DNA of 64,000 nt. Source: Eledone cirrhosa (lineage: Eukaryota). The notes below the pieces were generated by a model, which saw only the letters and a program-made list of their open reading frames with translations, did no database searches and was not told the DNA's origin. The position numbers were made by a program, and so were the translations under genes. Below are positions 12,765 to 25,519 of this stretch, piece after piece; the first letter of the stretch is position 1, and the number at the start of each line of letters is the position of its first letter. The stretch spans positions 6,057-70,056 of the forward strand of contig CAXHJY010000652.1 in the NCBI GenBank assembly GCA_964016885.1, read 5' to 3'.

Positions 12765-15172
12765 AGGCAAGATCTCATAGGGCTGTTTAGAGAAACCAAC
12801 AAAGGCACACAGGAACTGCCCCAATGGTTAATAGCCAGACCACCCTTGCTAATAATTACCACCCAATAGCCTCCAGAGTATCATGTATAAATTATACACT
12901 GGGTGACTTAATCTGTTCTTACAGGATCATTGTGCCACCAACAAAATTATAACACCTGAGCAAGCTGGTAGAAAGAAGGAGGTGTGGGGCTGCATAGATC
13001 ACATACTAACACATATAATGATACAGGAAAAAACAGCAGAGAATCACAGGAACATGACTGTGGTGTGGCTTGACTATCAGAAGGCTTTTCATAATGTACC
13101 TCATGGGTGGATTATTAAGGCTTTACAGTTAGTCAAAGTCCCAGCACGACTAGTAGCTGCTGTTGGACGCCTGACCAAGAACTGGTACACCAATTTGATC
13201 CTTAGGAGTGAGAAGGAGCAAATTAAGACTGATACAATACACTACTAGGAAGGCATCTTTCAGGGTGATAGCTTATCAGTGCTGCTCTTCGTCCTCTCAC
13301 TAAATCCACTATCATACCTGCTCACAAAACAAAGTGGTCATGGAAGTGGGTCCAGAAGTATCTCCCATCTTTTCTTTGTTGATGACCTGAAGTTGCATGG
13401 GCCAAATATCAACTGTATTAAAAAACAATTGGACCTCATTACACAATTTTCTGCAGACATCAGAATGAAATTTGGTGAGTCCAAATGTGCATATTTGACA
13501 GTAAATTGTGGAAGGGTTGTGCCCTCCTCTGGAAATCTAGAGATGAACGACTTGACAATACAGCCTCTACAGTTAGGTGACAACTACAGATGTCTTGGAC
13601 AGGATGAGAATGTCAGATATGATGGACCCATAAATAAGGAGAGAACCAGAACTGAATACCTCAGGAGAGTAAAGAAAATATGGTCATCAGAACTATCAGC
13701 ATACAACAAATACATTGCCCACAATACTTATGCTGTGCCAATCCTAATGCCAACATTTGGTCTGCTGAACTGGTCGTTGCAAGAACTGAGTGAGATTGAT
13801 GTAAGAACTCACAAGCTTCTCAGTGTTACTGGAAACTTTAACATCAATGGTGATGTGGACAGGCTATACTTCTCACACAAGGAAGGTGGCCGAGGTCTAA
13901 AATCCATATTAACATCATACGAGACCTGAATAGTAACACTGAAGCAACAGCTTCAGCAGAAGGAAAAGGTCAGCAACCATCTTGCCCAGGTTTATGAGCA
14001 TGAAGGAAATAATTGTTTCTACTTTTGGCACAAGGCCAGCAATTTCCCAGTGTATTACTGGTACTTTATTTTATCGACCCCGTAAGGATGAAAGACAAAG
14101 TTAACCTCGGCAGGATTTGAACTCAGAATGGCAAGGGCCGTATATCTATGCGTCAAAGCATGGCGTCCGACCCTCTACCGATACTGCCAATTCACCGCAT
14201 GAAGGAAATAATATCATTAGGATAGCCACTGATCTGGAGGAGAGATATTGAATAAGGCCTGATATAAATCTCTCTCCCAGGAAAATTGGAAGATCCCATT
14301 CAATGATCGAACAAGATTTTAAAAATGGACCAATTTACAGAGAAAGTTGTGCATGGGTACCAGAAACGAAAAACACAGACCATAGAGGGGATAAATCATT
14401 CAAAAAGCCTGGCATGGAGTTCCAACAAGTTTATGACATCCACCTTGAAGGATATCTCTATGCAATACATGAACACAAAATCCCTACCAAATATCTGCTA
14501 CACGAAAGAGGAGGGTGATCAATCGGCAATAAATGTAGGCTTTGTAAAACAAAGATCGAAGATGTTAGCCACATTGTTGCCAACTGCGAAAGAATGTTGT
14601 CCCACTACTACCTCCCTATTAGATATGATGTGATAGCTAGAACCATCTAGAGTGCACTTAGGAAAACAAAAACAAATAAGGAGGAATATGTTGAGATAGA
14701 TGACACTAAAGAATACTGGTGGAACCTGAAAATAAAAACTGCCACCAAATTAAAGGACAACCGGCCTGATATTGTTGTTTGGGACCACACATTGAAAACA
14801 TGCTCTGTTGTAGAGATCAGCTGGCTACTTGATGTCAAAGTTGTAAGAGAAGGAGGACATCTACGTACCATTGATGAGGAGTTTGCAGATCCAGTATCCA
14901 AGATACACTTTCAGCTTCATACCCATCATTATTGGTGCTACAGGTTATATACCAACCCGCTTGGACCAAAGTATAACTGAACTTGGATTTGTAGACAAAG
15001 AGCGCAGTTCCCGAATTCATAGACTACAAATGGCTGTGATAGCTGGCACCTTCAAAATTTGCAAAACATTCTTGCGATTCAAGGGATGACAATTTCTTTT
15101 TTCTTTACAACCTTGCCACCTCGAAGGTGGCCAGCCAAAAATGTACTCGAAATTAAGAGAAAGAGAAACAAA
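12765..15172 (+). mobile_element. R4/Dong-like non-LTR retrotransposon (RT, CCHC, RLE), 5'-truncated, degenerate
   Basis: VWLDYQKAF, FQGDSLS.LLF, HLFFVDDLKL, GGRGL, and later RPDIVVWD and FIPIIIGATG; several stops and frameshifts. Confidence 0.85.
14014..14196 (-). mobile_element. tRNA-derived SINE inserted in the R4-like element
   Basis: A box TGGCAGTATCGG, B box GAGTTCAAATCC; 16-bp TSD gcatgaaggaaataat at 13998-14013 and 14197-14212. Confidence 0.9.
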
Positions 15173-15822
15173 AATACATATATACATACATGATGGCTGC
15201 CCCCTCGTTATCAAGTATGGCCATTGCACGATATACCATTATTAATAATTATTAATTAACTCTATCGTGCAATGCCTGTGCATGAAGATATTTAAAGTGA
15301 GGAAAGACTGTGCACTGAGCCAATCCCACTCTAGAGCCGGAGGTTTTAAATCGGAGTTATCCCAGTTTCCTGAGTTGCCTCCTCCTAGAAGAATGCCCTG
15401 ACAAAGGCTAGGGGTCCTTAAATCCTAGTGGTTTAACCGCGCGATCGGGTGTCCAGCCCGACTATTTCTATGTCCCCATGCATATACATACACATGCAGC
15501 CATATATATACATATACATACATATGTACATGTGTATATACATATTTACACACTTTTGAATGGCCGTTGACTCTTATGAGTTCTTCCACCCTTTGTCATA
15601 CATACATAAAGACACCCAGCTCGTAACTTGGTAAAAAGTAAACAGGGAGGCTGTGATGATGTTTGCTGTCCAACACAGAAATTACACGCACATAAACATG
15701 GAGATAGCTATATGAATGCTCACAAAACGGGTACATAGTTATATGAATGTATCAATTCATATAATTTTAACGTACGTGTAATCGTTCGGTTTTTACAAAT
15801 CACACACATATATGTGTGTGTC

Positions 15823-15861
<39 letters not shown>

Positions 15862-16764
15862 GAACAAATAAAACAAAATAAACACAGGGATGCAAAAATA
15901 CAAAGTCATACTAGGATCACTCTTGGAAGGGAGTGGATGAAGGTTCTCCGTTTTGGACAGAAGTCCTTCATCAGGAAATGGAGAGTTCAGATAGGGAGAG
16001 AAAGTTTGGTAAAGATTGTGAAAGACATGTATATGTAAACACATCTTCCACGGCATATCAACAACAAAAAAATCTTTAAAAGTTCGAACGTATATATAGA
16101 AATAATGTTCAAACTTCCTGTCTGATGAAAACATATTGAATAATCGTTGAATAACAACCTCTCTGTACCTTCAGAATGTGCATAACAGGATAATGTAATG
16201 GAATAAAATGATGCATAATATGTAATAATGTCTCTCTTCCTTTTCTTATTGATACTCCATCTGATACCATATACATAATACCTTGTGGCATCCATGACAT
16301 CGAGTGCTTCTGCCTAATTACAATATTATTGGTTGACTGATTGGATTAGTCAACACTGATTATCAGTACACACACATACATACATATAATCTTCCTCTGG
16401 TCCTCCTTCCTACCTTTTCTACATCTTCAGTTGGTGTTCTTTGGTTTGTAGAATGTTTTTCTTTTTTAAGTCTTTATTTGTGTAATTCAGAGAAAGGCGC
16501 AACCCGTCTTATATCTACATGTTTTGTTGCAGTTTAATGTGCACTGGAATGAACAGTATCAACCTTCATTTTTACCGAAGTGCTTTCCAAACGCTCACTG
16601 AGGAGAAAGAATTGTCCGTTTTTGTATTATCTTTATCGTGTGCATCCCCCTGTTTCAGACACACACACACACATATATAAGTCCTAGCGATCCAAAGCAC
16701 TACATGTCATTAGTTTATCCTAGGTAGGTGATAATGAGTGATGGAGTATTCATTTTATCAAATA

Positions 16765-16941
16765 ATTGTTTCTACGTTAGGCACAAGGCCAGCAATTACT
16801 CAGTGCATTACTGGTACTTTATTTTATCGACCCCGTAAGGATGAAAGGCAAAGTCAACCTCGGCGGGATTTGAACTCAGATCGTAAAGGGACGTAACTAT
16901 GCTGGAAAGCAGGGCGTCCGACCCTCTACTGATACTGCCAG
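16765..16941 (-). mobile_element. tRNA-derived SINE (same family as 14014-14196)
   Basis: Shared body tcgaccccgtaaggatgaaaggcaaagtcaacctcggcgggatttgaactcag. Confidence 0.85.
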
Positions 16942-16942
16942 G

Positions 16943-17127
16943 TTAAATCACCATAATTGTTTATTGCATTATATATATTTCTTTTACATGGTTATTCATC
17001 TGACAACGCCAGATGCTTATGCAATCATATCACAATGATTGCATAACTTCACCAATGATTGTGTAGTCACATGAATAACCATGTAACAGAAATATATATA
17101 ATGCAATAAGCAATTATGGTGATTTAA
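16943..17127. repeat. Fold-back inverted repeat, arms about 60 bp
   Basis: 16943-17004 pairs with 17066-17127; inner hairpin ttatgcaatcat/atgattgcataa. Confidence 0.8.
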
Positions 17128-17154
17128 TCCCGTCAGGGTTCGGTACACAACCTG

Positions 17155-18190
17155 CTCTTGTTCATTATAGTCCTCCAAGTCATAACAGAGAAGTTTAAAA
17201 CTGGCTGCCTATGGGAACTTCTTTACGTTAACGATCTGGTACTTATAGCAGAATCAGTAAAGGAGCTAGAGAATAAATTCTGGCTATGGAAACAGCAGCT
17301 GGAATCAAGAGGACTGAGAGTAAACTTAGCTAAGACAAAGGTGTTGATAAGTAAGAAAAAGGACAAAACTCTGATTCCATCAGGGAAATGGCCATGTTCA
17401 ATATGTAGGAGTTGGCATAATTTCTATAAAATGTACACATTGCAGATCTTGGGTACACAAGAGATGTGGGATAGCAGGCAAGTTAACAGGTAGGGAAAAC
17501 TATATATGCAGTAGATGTACAGGGAAATTTGACAGTAGAAATCGCAGTGATAGACACATTTTTCAAATGCAGGTAGGACCTATAGAGGTGGTTGATAGCT
17601 TCTGATACCTAGGTGATCAAATTAGTAAAGGAGGAGGGTGCTCTGAGGTCATGGTTTCCAGATTAAGGACAGGTTGGTAGAAATTTAGGGAGCTGCTTCC
17701 TCCATTGACAAAAAAGGGTTTCTCCCTACAAACGAAAGGCCAGTTATATGATGCTTGTGTGAGATGCACAATGCTGCATGGTAGTGAGATATAGGCAGCA
17801 ACTGTGGAAGATATGCGACAGCTGGAGAGAAATGAAGCAAGCATGCTCCATTGGATGTGCAATGTCAATGTGCGTGAACGATCGAGCATGGATGTCTTGA
17901 GAGAGAAACTGTGTATAAGAGGGATAGGCTATAGTGTGCGTGAAAGAAGACTATGTTGGTATGGACATGTGATGCGCATGAAGGATGACTGTTGGGTAAA
18001 GAAGTGCCAAGAAATCCCAGTAGAAGGAAGACCACAAAAAACATGGGCGGAGGTGGTGAGAGCAGACCTCAGATCGCTGAAGCTCATGGAGGAGATGACA
18101 AGGGACCGTGATAAATGGAAAAATGCCGTGCTCTATAAGAGCCGTCCCACCCTTGCAAGTAAGGAAAAGCAGATGTAAAATGATGATGAT
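17155..18190 (+). mobile_element. Degenerate RTE LINE 3' fragment
   Basis: LFIIVLQ..WELLY.NDL, GKWPCSIC, RLCWYGHVMR; ends in (GAT)n. Confidence 0.85.
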
Positions 18191-18368
18191 GGAAAGATTC
18201 AGGACCCATTTCGGCGGCTAGATCTGAACCAGTTCGGATCTGTCAAAACGGCCAGAGCTCAGCCGTCGAGGTCCTGAATCTTTCCATATTACCCACTCTA
18301 CTACCCCAAGTATCAAGTACTCTGGTGTGTTATGGTCTTTCTGCTATCTTCCCACACCCTATTTGTTA
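18189..18368. repeat. Hairpin-containing repeat; second copy in opposite orientation at 51877-52073
   Basis: atggaaagattcaggacc/ggtcctgaatctttccat arms; the flank attacccactctactacc..aagtactc is the reverse complement of 51878-51955. Confidence 0.75.
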
Positions 18369-18809
18369 TATATATATATATATATCTCAAAGGTATATAT
18401 TGAGTTAGAAACTCAAAATAGTCTCTTACAATAAAATATCCGAGCCGTATATTATAATTGAATATAAAAGAAAAAGGAACACAGATATATACATATATGT
18501 GTTCAAATAGTAAGGGACCAAATTCGCTAAGGTAAAAAGAATACTAACTATAGACAATAGGGTTTGCCAGACTCAATTTAAGAATAAATCAAGAAAATAA
18601 ATGCAAACCGGAATTGTGGTAACTACCAATCACCCGGACAGCTTTGGTAATGCTGTTTCGCAAAATTAATTGTGAAGAGGGATACCGATTCTTGCTCATC
18701 AGTGACTGAAGAATTAGTATCCTGGACACTTCTAAGTATATTAAAAAAACTGAATAGTGTGCGTGAACACATATATGTATATATTTGTGCTCGTTTTTCT
18801 TTTATATTC

Positions 18810-18871
<62 letters not shown>

Positions 18872-18997
18872 GATAGATGATGATATAGTATAATAGATGA
18901 TGATATAGTAATAATAATAAATTTGAAGACTAAAATCCAAAGAGGGCTCGATAAGGATAAATATATATCAAATATATAAGAACCGTTGAGCAAATAT

Positions 18998-19126
18998 TTA
19001 TTAAAATAACAGATTAAAGTTTAAGCAAAGAATCGCTGCTTTCACCCTTAACGGGATCTTCGGAAGATCCTGTTAAGGGTGAAAGCAGCGATTCTTTGCT
19101 TAAACTTTAATCTGTTATTTTAATAA
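18998..19126. repeat. Near-perfect 129-bp palindrome
   Basis: Centre at 19062 (gatcttc-g-gaagatc); one mismatch; lies between TA tracts. Confidence 0.9.
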
Positions 19127-19744
19127 TTAATATATATATATATATATATAAACACACACATACACACATATATAAGGCTACATAATAACTCCAGACATTG
19201 GTCAATCGACAACAATTGTCGGATACATTATGCTTTGTTAGAAACCATTTAGTTAAAATGACAATTAAGAAGAAATAAGATTTAAAAAAAGACGTTTCAT
19301 GTTACACTTGGAAAGGAGGGTGGGGGTAGAGAGAAAAGTGGTCTACATGAGTAAATTTACCAAAAAGCAGGTGAAAGTAGCGAGAATGGCATGAGTGAAT
19401 TAGTCTACTCTCAGTTTGTGTCTGTAGATCAGACACCAACAGTTGGGAGAGGAGACTCGCCTTCACTTAGCCTTAGGTGTTCATCTCTCTGTACCAGGAG
19501 GACGGAGTGCTTTATTCACTCGCCTTTAGGTACTCAGGGTGATAGCAGATCTGTTGGGTTCCTCGCTTAGCTTTAGATATTCAATTCTCTTTACCAGGAG
19601 GACAGAATGCTTTATTTAATTGTATACTATGTCTACTTGTTACCTATTTATTTTTTCTCATTTCTATGCCAACCTCCTCATTCATGTTGTAACTTGTTTT
19701 TGTAAGGTCTCTTTCATTCAATACCATTGTGGCTAATAATATAT

Positions 19745-20478
19745 CATGTGGATTAGCAGTATCGGTAGAGTCGGACACAATGCTTTGCAGCATAGAGTTA
19801 TGGCCCTTTATGATTTGAGTTCAAATCCCACGCGAGGTTAACTTTTCCTTTCATCCTTACGGGGTCGATAAAATAAATACCAGTCACGCACTGGGATCAA
19901 TTTAATCAACTTCCCACTCCCCCAAATTGCTGGCCGTGTGCCTATATAAGAAACCATTATTATATTCAAATCAAAGGGCGGTGGATTGCCAGTATCGGTA
20001 GAGGGTCGGACGCCATGCTTTCCAGCATAGTTACGTCCCTTTACGATCTGAGTTCAAATCCTGCCGAGGTTGACTTTGCCTTTCATCCTTACGGGGTCGA
20101 TAAAATAAAGTACCAGTAATGCACTGGGTATTTTGCTGGCCTTGTGCCTAAAGTAGAAACAATTATATTCAAATCCCGCTGAGGTTAACTTTGCCTTTCA
20201 CCCTTACGGGGTGGATAAAATAAAATACCAGTAATACACTGATTTATTGCTAGCCTTGTGCCAAAAGTAGAAACAATTATATTCTACGTGGTAGATTGGC
20301 AGTGTCGGTAGAGGGTCGGACAACATGCTTTGCAGCAAAGAGTTACGGCCCTTTATGGTCTGAGTTCAAATCCCACCGAGGTTAACTTTGCCTTTCATCC
20401 TTATGGGGTCGATAAAATAAAGTACCAGTAATACATTGGAATAATTGCTGGCCTTGTGCCAAAAGTAAAAACAATTAT
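19745..20478 (+). mobile_element. Head-to-tail cluster of four tRNA-derived SINE copies (one 5'-truncated)
   Basis: Copies at about 19748, 19978, 20167 (truncated) and 20289, each with ttcaaatcc..gaggttaactttgcctttcatccttacggggtcgataaaataaagtaccag. Confidence 0.85.
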
Positions 20479-22939
20479 AGTCTACGTGCAGCAAGAATCT
20501 CAACGATTCCAGCTCTACCCCCACCCTCTAACGATGTCAAGCAGCATTGATGCAACCAGAGTGTCCAAATTGTTTTATGGCCCACATTTCCATAAATATT
20601 TGCATGAAAGAACATAAATAACAGGACGACGATTATAGTTTGTGAAGCTGTGGTTTCTTTAATCGTTGACCATCTCCAAAATAAATTCTTACACGTGTTT
20701 TCGGTGATCCTCGGGAAGTATAATGCATGGTGGGTGAGCTTAACATGTGTTATCACTCATGGGAGGTGGGTAATCCTAAATGGGTTTTCATGGTTTATAT
20801 ACCCTGAGCTAATTATTGTGCTTTATAAATATATTATGCTTATTTAATGTTTTATCAATCTTTTTATTCACCTATTGTATAACGGCCCGTATATTTGTTT
20901 TTATAGAACTTTGTCCAGCCTCGCAGGCATTGTAACCCGTGATAGTAGACAACTACATAAATGGCTTCATTTGTCAGGGCACATGGTCAACTTTAGTAGA
21001 ACAATTTTTTTTTTTTTGTTTTGTTTTTTATGGGTTTAGTCAGAAGAAAGGGAGTTGTATCAAGGGCTTTTAAAACTTGGAAACACGACTTAATGAGGGG
21101 AGCAAAGGGGGAAATTGCCCTGGGCCCCCTGTAGTGGGGGAGGGGGCACCAGCGACAGCCGTAGCAATTTATTTGTGCCATCAGCTGGACTTTTTAGTTT
21201 TAGGATGGTTAAAATTTTTGAATTTAATATCTATGTATAACTTTTCAATTCCAATTACTTCCGCCAAGCTAACTTTGATATCTAAATTTCGGGGCTTTGC
21301 TGTGTATTCCAATATTTTGTGTATAAAAAATGGTCTACATCCAACCCCGAGCACGATACAGCCAAAGAAAAACATGGACAGGCAAGAAGAGACATTCTAG
21401 TCGACTGAGATGAGATGACACTGGCGACTCAGAAAGAAAAAAAAAGGGAAAATATTGTAAAACATTTTGTTAAGTGCTCTTTGTTTTCTCCGAATCATTC
21501 CTATAAATTATTTTTATATTTATTTCATATTTTTATGCAATTTGAATCCTAGCACCTTCGCTTCTATATCACTTTGTTTCGTCCCAGCGTCAAATATAAC
21601 GTAAACCTTACGCTTCGAAAAGGATTAAAAGGGAAACTCCAGGGCGTGTGATTGAGTGTGCGGATCTTCTGGCCCCTTTTTGTTTCCTTTTTACATATAT
21701 GTATATCAATATAAACAAACTGAATTTGATTGTTCGTATTTGACACAAGATAAACAATGAAAGGTAGTTGACATATTTATATTTCATGAAATGCTGTATA
21801 TTTTAATAAAATGCACTGCCTATAATTAAAAAAAACTATGCTTATATAATGTTTACAGTATAATATGTGCGAGTCGTATGTGGCTAACAAATGAAACAAT
21901 TCTTATTTATTTTATTCTGCCGGTATTTGAATTGCTAGTAATCAAGCTGTTTCCTACAGCCTTTGATATATCAGCAAACCAGCTTGTAAAGTCAGGAAAT
22001 TCATATCTATATCCACATCTTGAACCAAATTCCTACTGGAATCAACTTCCCGTAAACATTTACCCTTCCCGTCCTAAAAATAGACGTTATTTAGCAAGAA
22101 GAGTTTGTTACGCGATAACAACAAACAGGACACTTGTATGTTAATTGACAGACGGGAACGAAAACATAATTTAAAAAATAAACGCACTAAAGAATAGTAC
22201 AATTACAGAAGCCAAATAAAATAAGGGGAGCAGAAAATAGGCGATTAATATTTAGTTATGAAAACAAGCACGTAAATGTCAACATACGTATCACATGATG
22301 AGGCCATCTTAAGGTGTGGTAATTATAGCCTTATAATTCCAATCGGCTACATTCATTTCCGGTGTACATCAAACATAGTCCAACCACCACAAATGTGCCG
22401 TCACTCTAAATTGTTGTTGATATTATAAAACTAACCTTAATACTTCATCTAGTAATAGAGAACGATGGAGATTATATATAGTAGAGAATTCAAATCTATC
22501 AATGCAACATGTAGCATATAAATATATATTTATTTATAAATTAAATCTAACGTCTACATTCATATCCGGTGTGTGACCAGCATAGACCATCCTCCACAAT
22601 TTGGTCTCCGCCACAGTGTTGACGTTGTTTGTGAAAGATAGGTGCTATTAGTATGTAGTATATAAAAATATATGGAGATTTCTAGCGTTCTTGACACCCG
22701 GACCACATCCCTACTCACTGCTATCGGAGCGGAGTTCGCTGTCCGCAGGTGCGAGCCCCGCGATGTAGAGTAGTTGTTCTAACACGCCTACCTCGCCGTC
22801 CTCCGAGTCAATGTATTCTCAATTCTGTTGGATGGTACCCAGAGGCGGAAAGTAAGTTAGGTGGAGGATACCCGTTCGACGTCACACATTTCTTCTTCTT
22901 TCCAGAAGTTATTTCTGGAAAGGAGTTTCTTACATATGC

Positions 22940-23310
22940 CTGAATACTTGAACCAAAAAATACATGGTATTTCAGTGTGAAACATTTATTTTCCTGGTTT
23001 TCTCCTAACGGCAAGATCCTGGCAATCACCCTCACCTCCATCCTCGGAGTTTTCCCAACGATACTTTTTTTTCGCCTGTTGTCAAGGAATAGGACCACGA
23101 AACCTGTCTGAACAGATATATTTGTGGAAAAATTGGGGTGAAAGGGGGTGGAAAGACCATCGAAACTTTGCAAATCTTCACACCTCTCGCGTTTGGTTGG
23201 AAGCAATTATCTTTCCTCGATTTTTTTCCGGGATAATAGAGGCATACAATAGACTTTTTAGTATTATTACAGAACACACCACTCGATTTCAGCAGGAAAA
23301 AAATATTTTT
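22940..23310. repeat. Dispersed repeat, inverted relative to 35065-35500
   Basis: gaaaaaatcgaggaaagataatt..ccaaacg on the minus strand here matches 35165-35205 on plus; diverged. Confidence 0.6.
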
Positions 23311-24170
23311 CCTCGTTTTTTTTTCTTTTTCGTGTGCTGTTAATCAAGGGCCTTGTTTCAGGGGGTACCAAGGGACACAACACACACACACACTTTTTCA
23401 GGAACGGAGGACAAACCATCTCCCCCCCCCCCATACTTTTTATCAATTAAAAAACAAAGAGTTTAAACGGCCCTCAAGCCAGCCGAGGAAAAAATACGAG
23501 AGTGTACCTTAAATAAATTAAAAAGAAACGAAGAAAATAAATAAAAGAAGCTTGTCAACGAATTCCTTAGGGACATAAAAGAAAAACGAAAAAAATCAAA
23601 GAAAATGAAAATAAGAACAACGCAACTATGACAACAGTTACAAGAACAACTTCAACAGAAACGACAAGAAAAAGAAGCAATTGTGATGATAGGTGTGGGT
23701 GGGTGTATACTTATACATACATACAAACATACACGCATGCATACGTACATACATACATTGATACACAGGCCGGCGTTGGTGTTTGATGAGGTTGAAAAGC
23801 TGTGGTATTTAATCTCCCTAGGTAATAAAATCTGGAGATAAAATTCTTTCTCTCCTTACCAAAAAACATAAATCATGTCAACATCCTTATAGGCACATAT
23901 ACACACTTAAATATAAATGCATGCATATATACAAATATATAAATGTATAGCTATATACATACGTAAATGTATGTATATATATATATATGTATGCATGTAT
24001 GTAGATTTATATATATATGTATATATTACACACACACATATATATATATTATATAGATTTTTTTTTTTTTTTTTTCCCAGTATCACACATCAATCTTAAA
24101 TTACTTTTCATATGTTGATTTAAAACTTCACTATTCACAAGTGTTTTTTAACCTTCATATCATGTATCCC

Positions 24171-24241
24171 TATTTTATCTGACGAAAACGCAAATGTCAT
24201 CTCATGATGATATTTGTTTTTGAAATGCGCATAATAAAATA
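24171..24241 (+). ncRNA. Type I hammerhead ribozyme
   Basis: tattttat-CTGACGA-[caaatgtcatc tcat gatgatatttg]-GAAA-tgcgca-TA-ataaaata; palindromic stem III ATGCGCAT. Confidence 0.8.
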
Positions 24242-24483
24242 CATGGAACTCTTTTAAACATCTTCTGATCTTATATTATAAATTATATATTATATATATA
24301 TAGATAGATTATATTATATATTATGGAATACTAAGAGTGGGAAATGAAATTTCGTTTCATTTTTTCCGTTTATCGTTTTCGGTGCACCCGGCCGATTAAC
24401 CCACTCGATATGCAAATTAGGCTACTCAGCCGTTAATATGCATAAGGTAAGTATATACGTTCAACAATCTGGCAGGAAGGTAT

Positions 24484-24526
24484 ACGTTGCTGACGATAGC
24501 TAATAAGCTTGAAACTAGTACAGCGT
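24484..24526 (+). ncRNA. Minimal type I hammerhead ribozyme
   Basis: acgttg-CTGACGA-t agct aata agct t-GAAA-ctag-TA-cagcgt; stem I extended by ctggca/tgtcag; related to the 51540 motif. Confidence 0.82.
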
Positions 24527-24727
24527 TCCTTTGTCAGTGTTGAACAAACGAGCAACGATGGTTGCTAGACACTACGGCTTAATACGGGATGTTTGTTTAC
24601 AAACACACCGAGCATTATAATAAATGTTCGATGAATCCATACGTACATATATATATGTGTGCATGTATGTATATATATACATACTACTATACGTCTGTAT
24701 ACATATATGTATGTACGTGTACATACT

Positions 24728-24761
<34 letters not shown>

Positions 24762-24778
24762 CATATATACATATATAC

Positions 24779-24883
<105 letters not shown>

Positions 24884-24953
24884 TACATATATATATATAT
24901 ACATATATACATATATATATATACATATATATATATACATATATACATATATA

Positions 24954-25513
24954 GAAAGATTTGAATGGATACAGTTTAGTTGAAAGGAATTTATTGACAC
25001 GTGTTTCTATAACAGTTACAAAACCTAAAACAGCTATCTACAAACTTTTAGTTATGCAGACATTCAATATTTCAATGTTATTATTTACTGTCATTTAATC
25101 AGAATAATATTACTGAGGACCTATTTAGTTTTTATAGAGAATATTAGGAGGGAGGGGTGAAGTTGTTAGAAGAATAGTTGAAGGAGTGGTTTTTCGATAG
25201 CAGTGAGAATTCTTGGTGGCAGTGAGTAATTAGATTCCCATCTGTTGTTTTGACATTTTTTATAGAATATATTATTGGTTATTTTTCTAAATCTATAGAA
25301 GGATTAGAGATAGTAAAGATATGCGTGGTTGGTTTTGTGTTTGCACTTAATTAACATTCAGACTTAAATTTTTCTTTCAAGTGTACGTATCCTTTCACCC
25401 ACGCATTCACACACAAATATATTTGCACACCTCTACAAAATACATATACTCACAATTCACATATTCATACTTACATATATATACACATGCATACACATAT
25501 ATATACACACATG
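24954..25513 (-). repeat. Left arm of a ~560-bp inverted repeat (pLTR-like, hammerhead core mutated)
   Basis: Reverse complement of 30906-31468 with few differences; core reads CTGATTA (25096-25102) instead of CTGATGA. Confidence 0.9.
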
Positions 25514-25519
25514 CAAAGA

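Noticed and set aside
15940-15980. Hammerhead-like CTGATGAaggac..gtcc on minus strand (similar at 45763 on plus)
   Set aside because: The GAAA box and stems I/III are degenerate; at best relics.
19748-20090. tRNA genes
   Set aside because: A and B boxes are present but continue into a repeated SINE body without a full cloverleaf.
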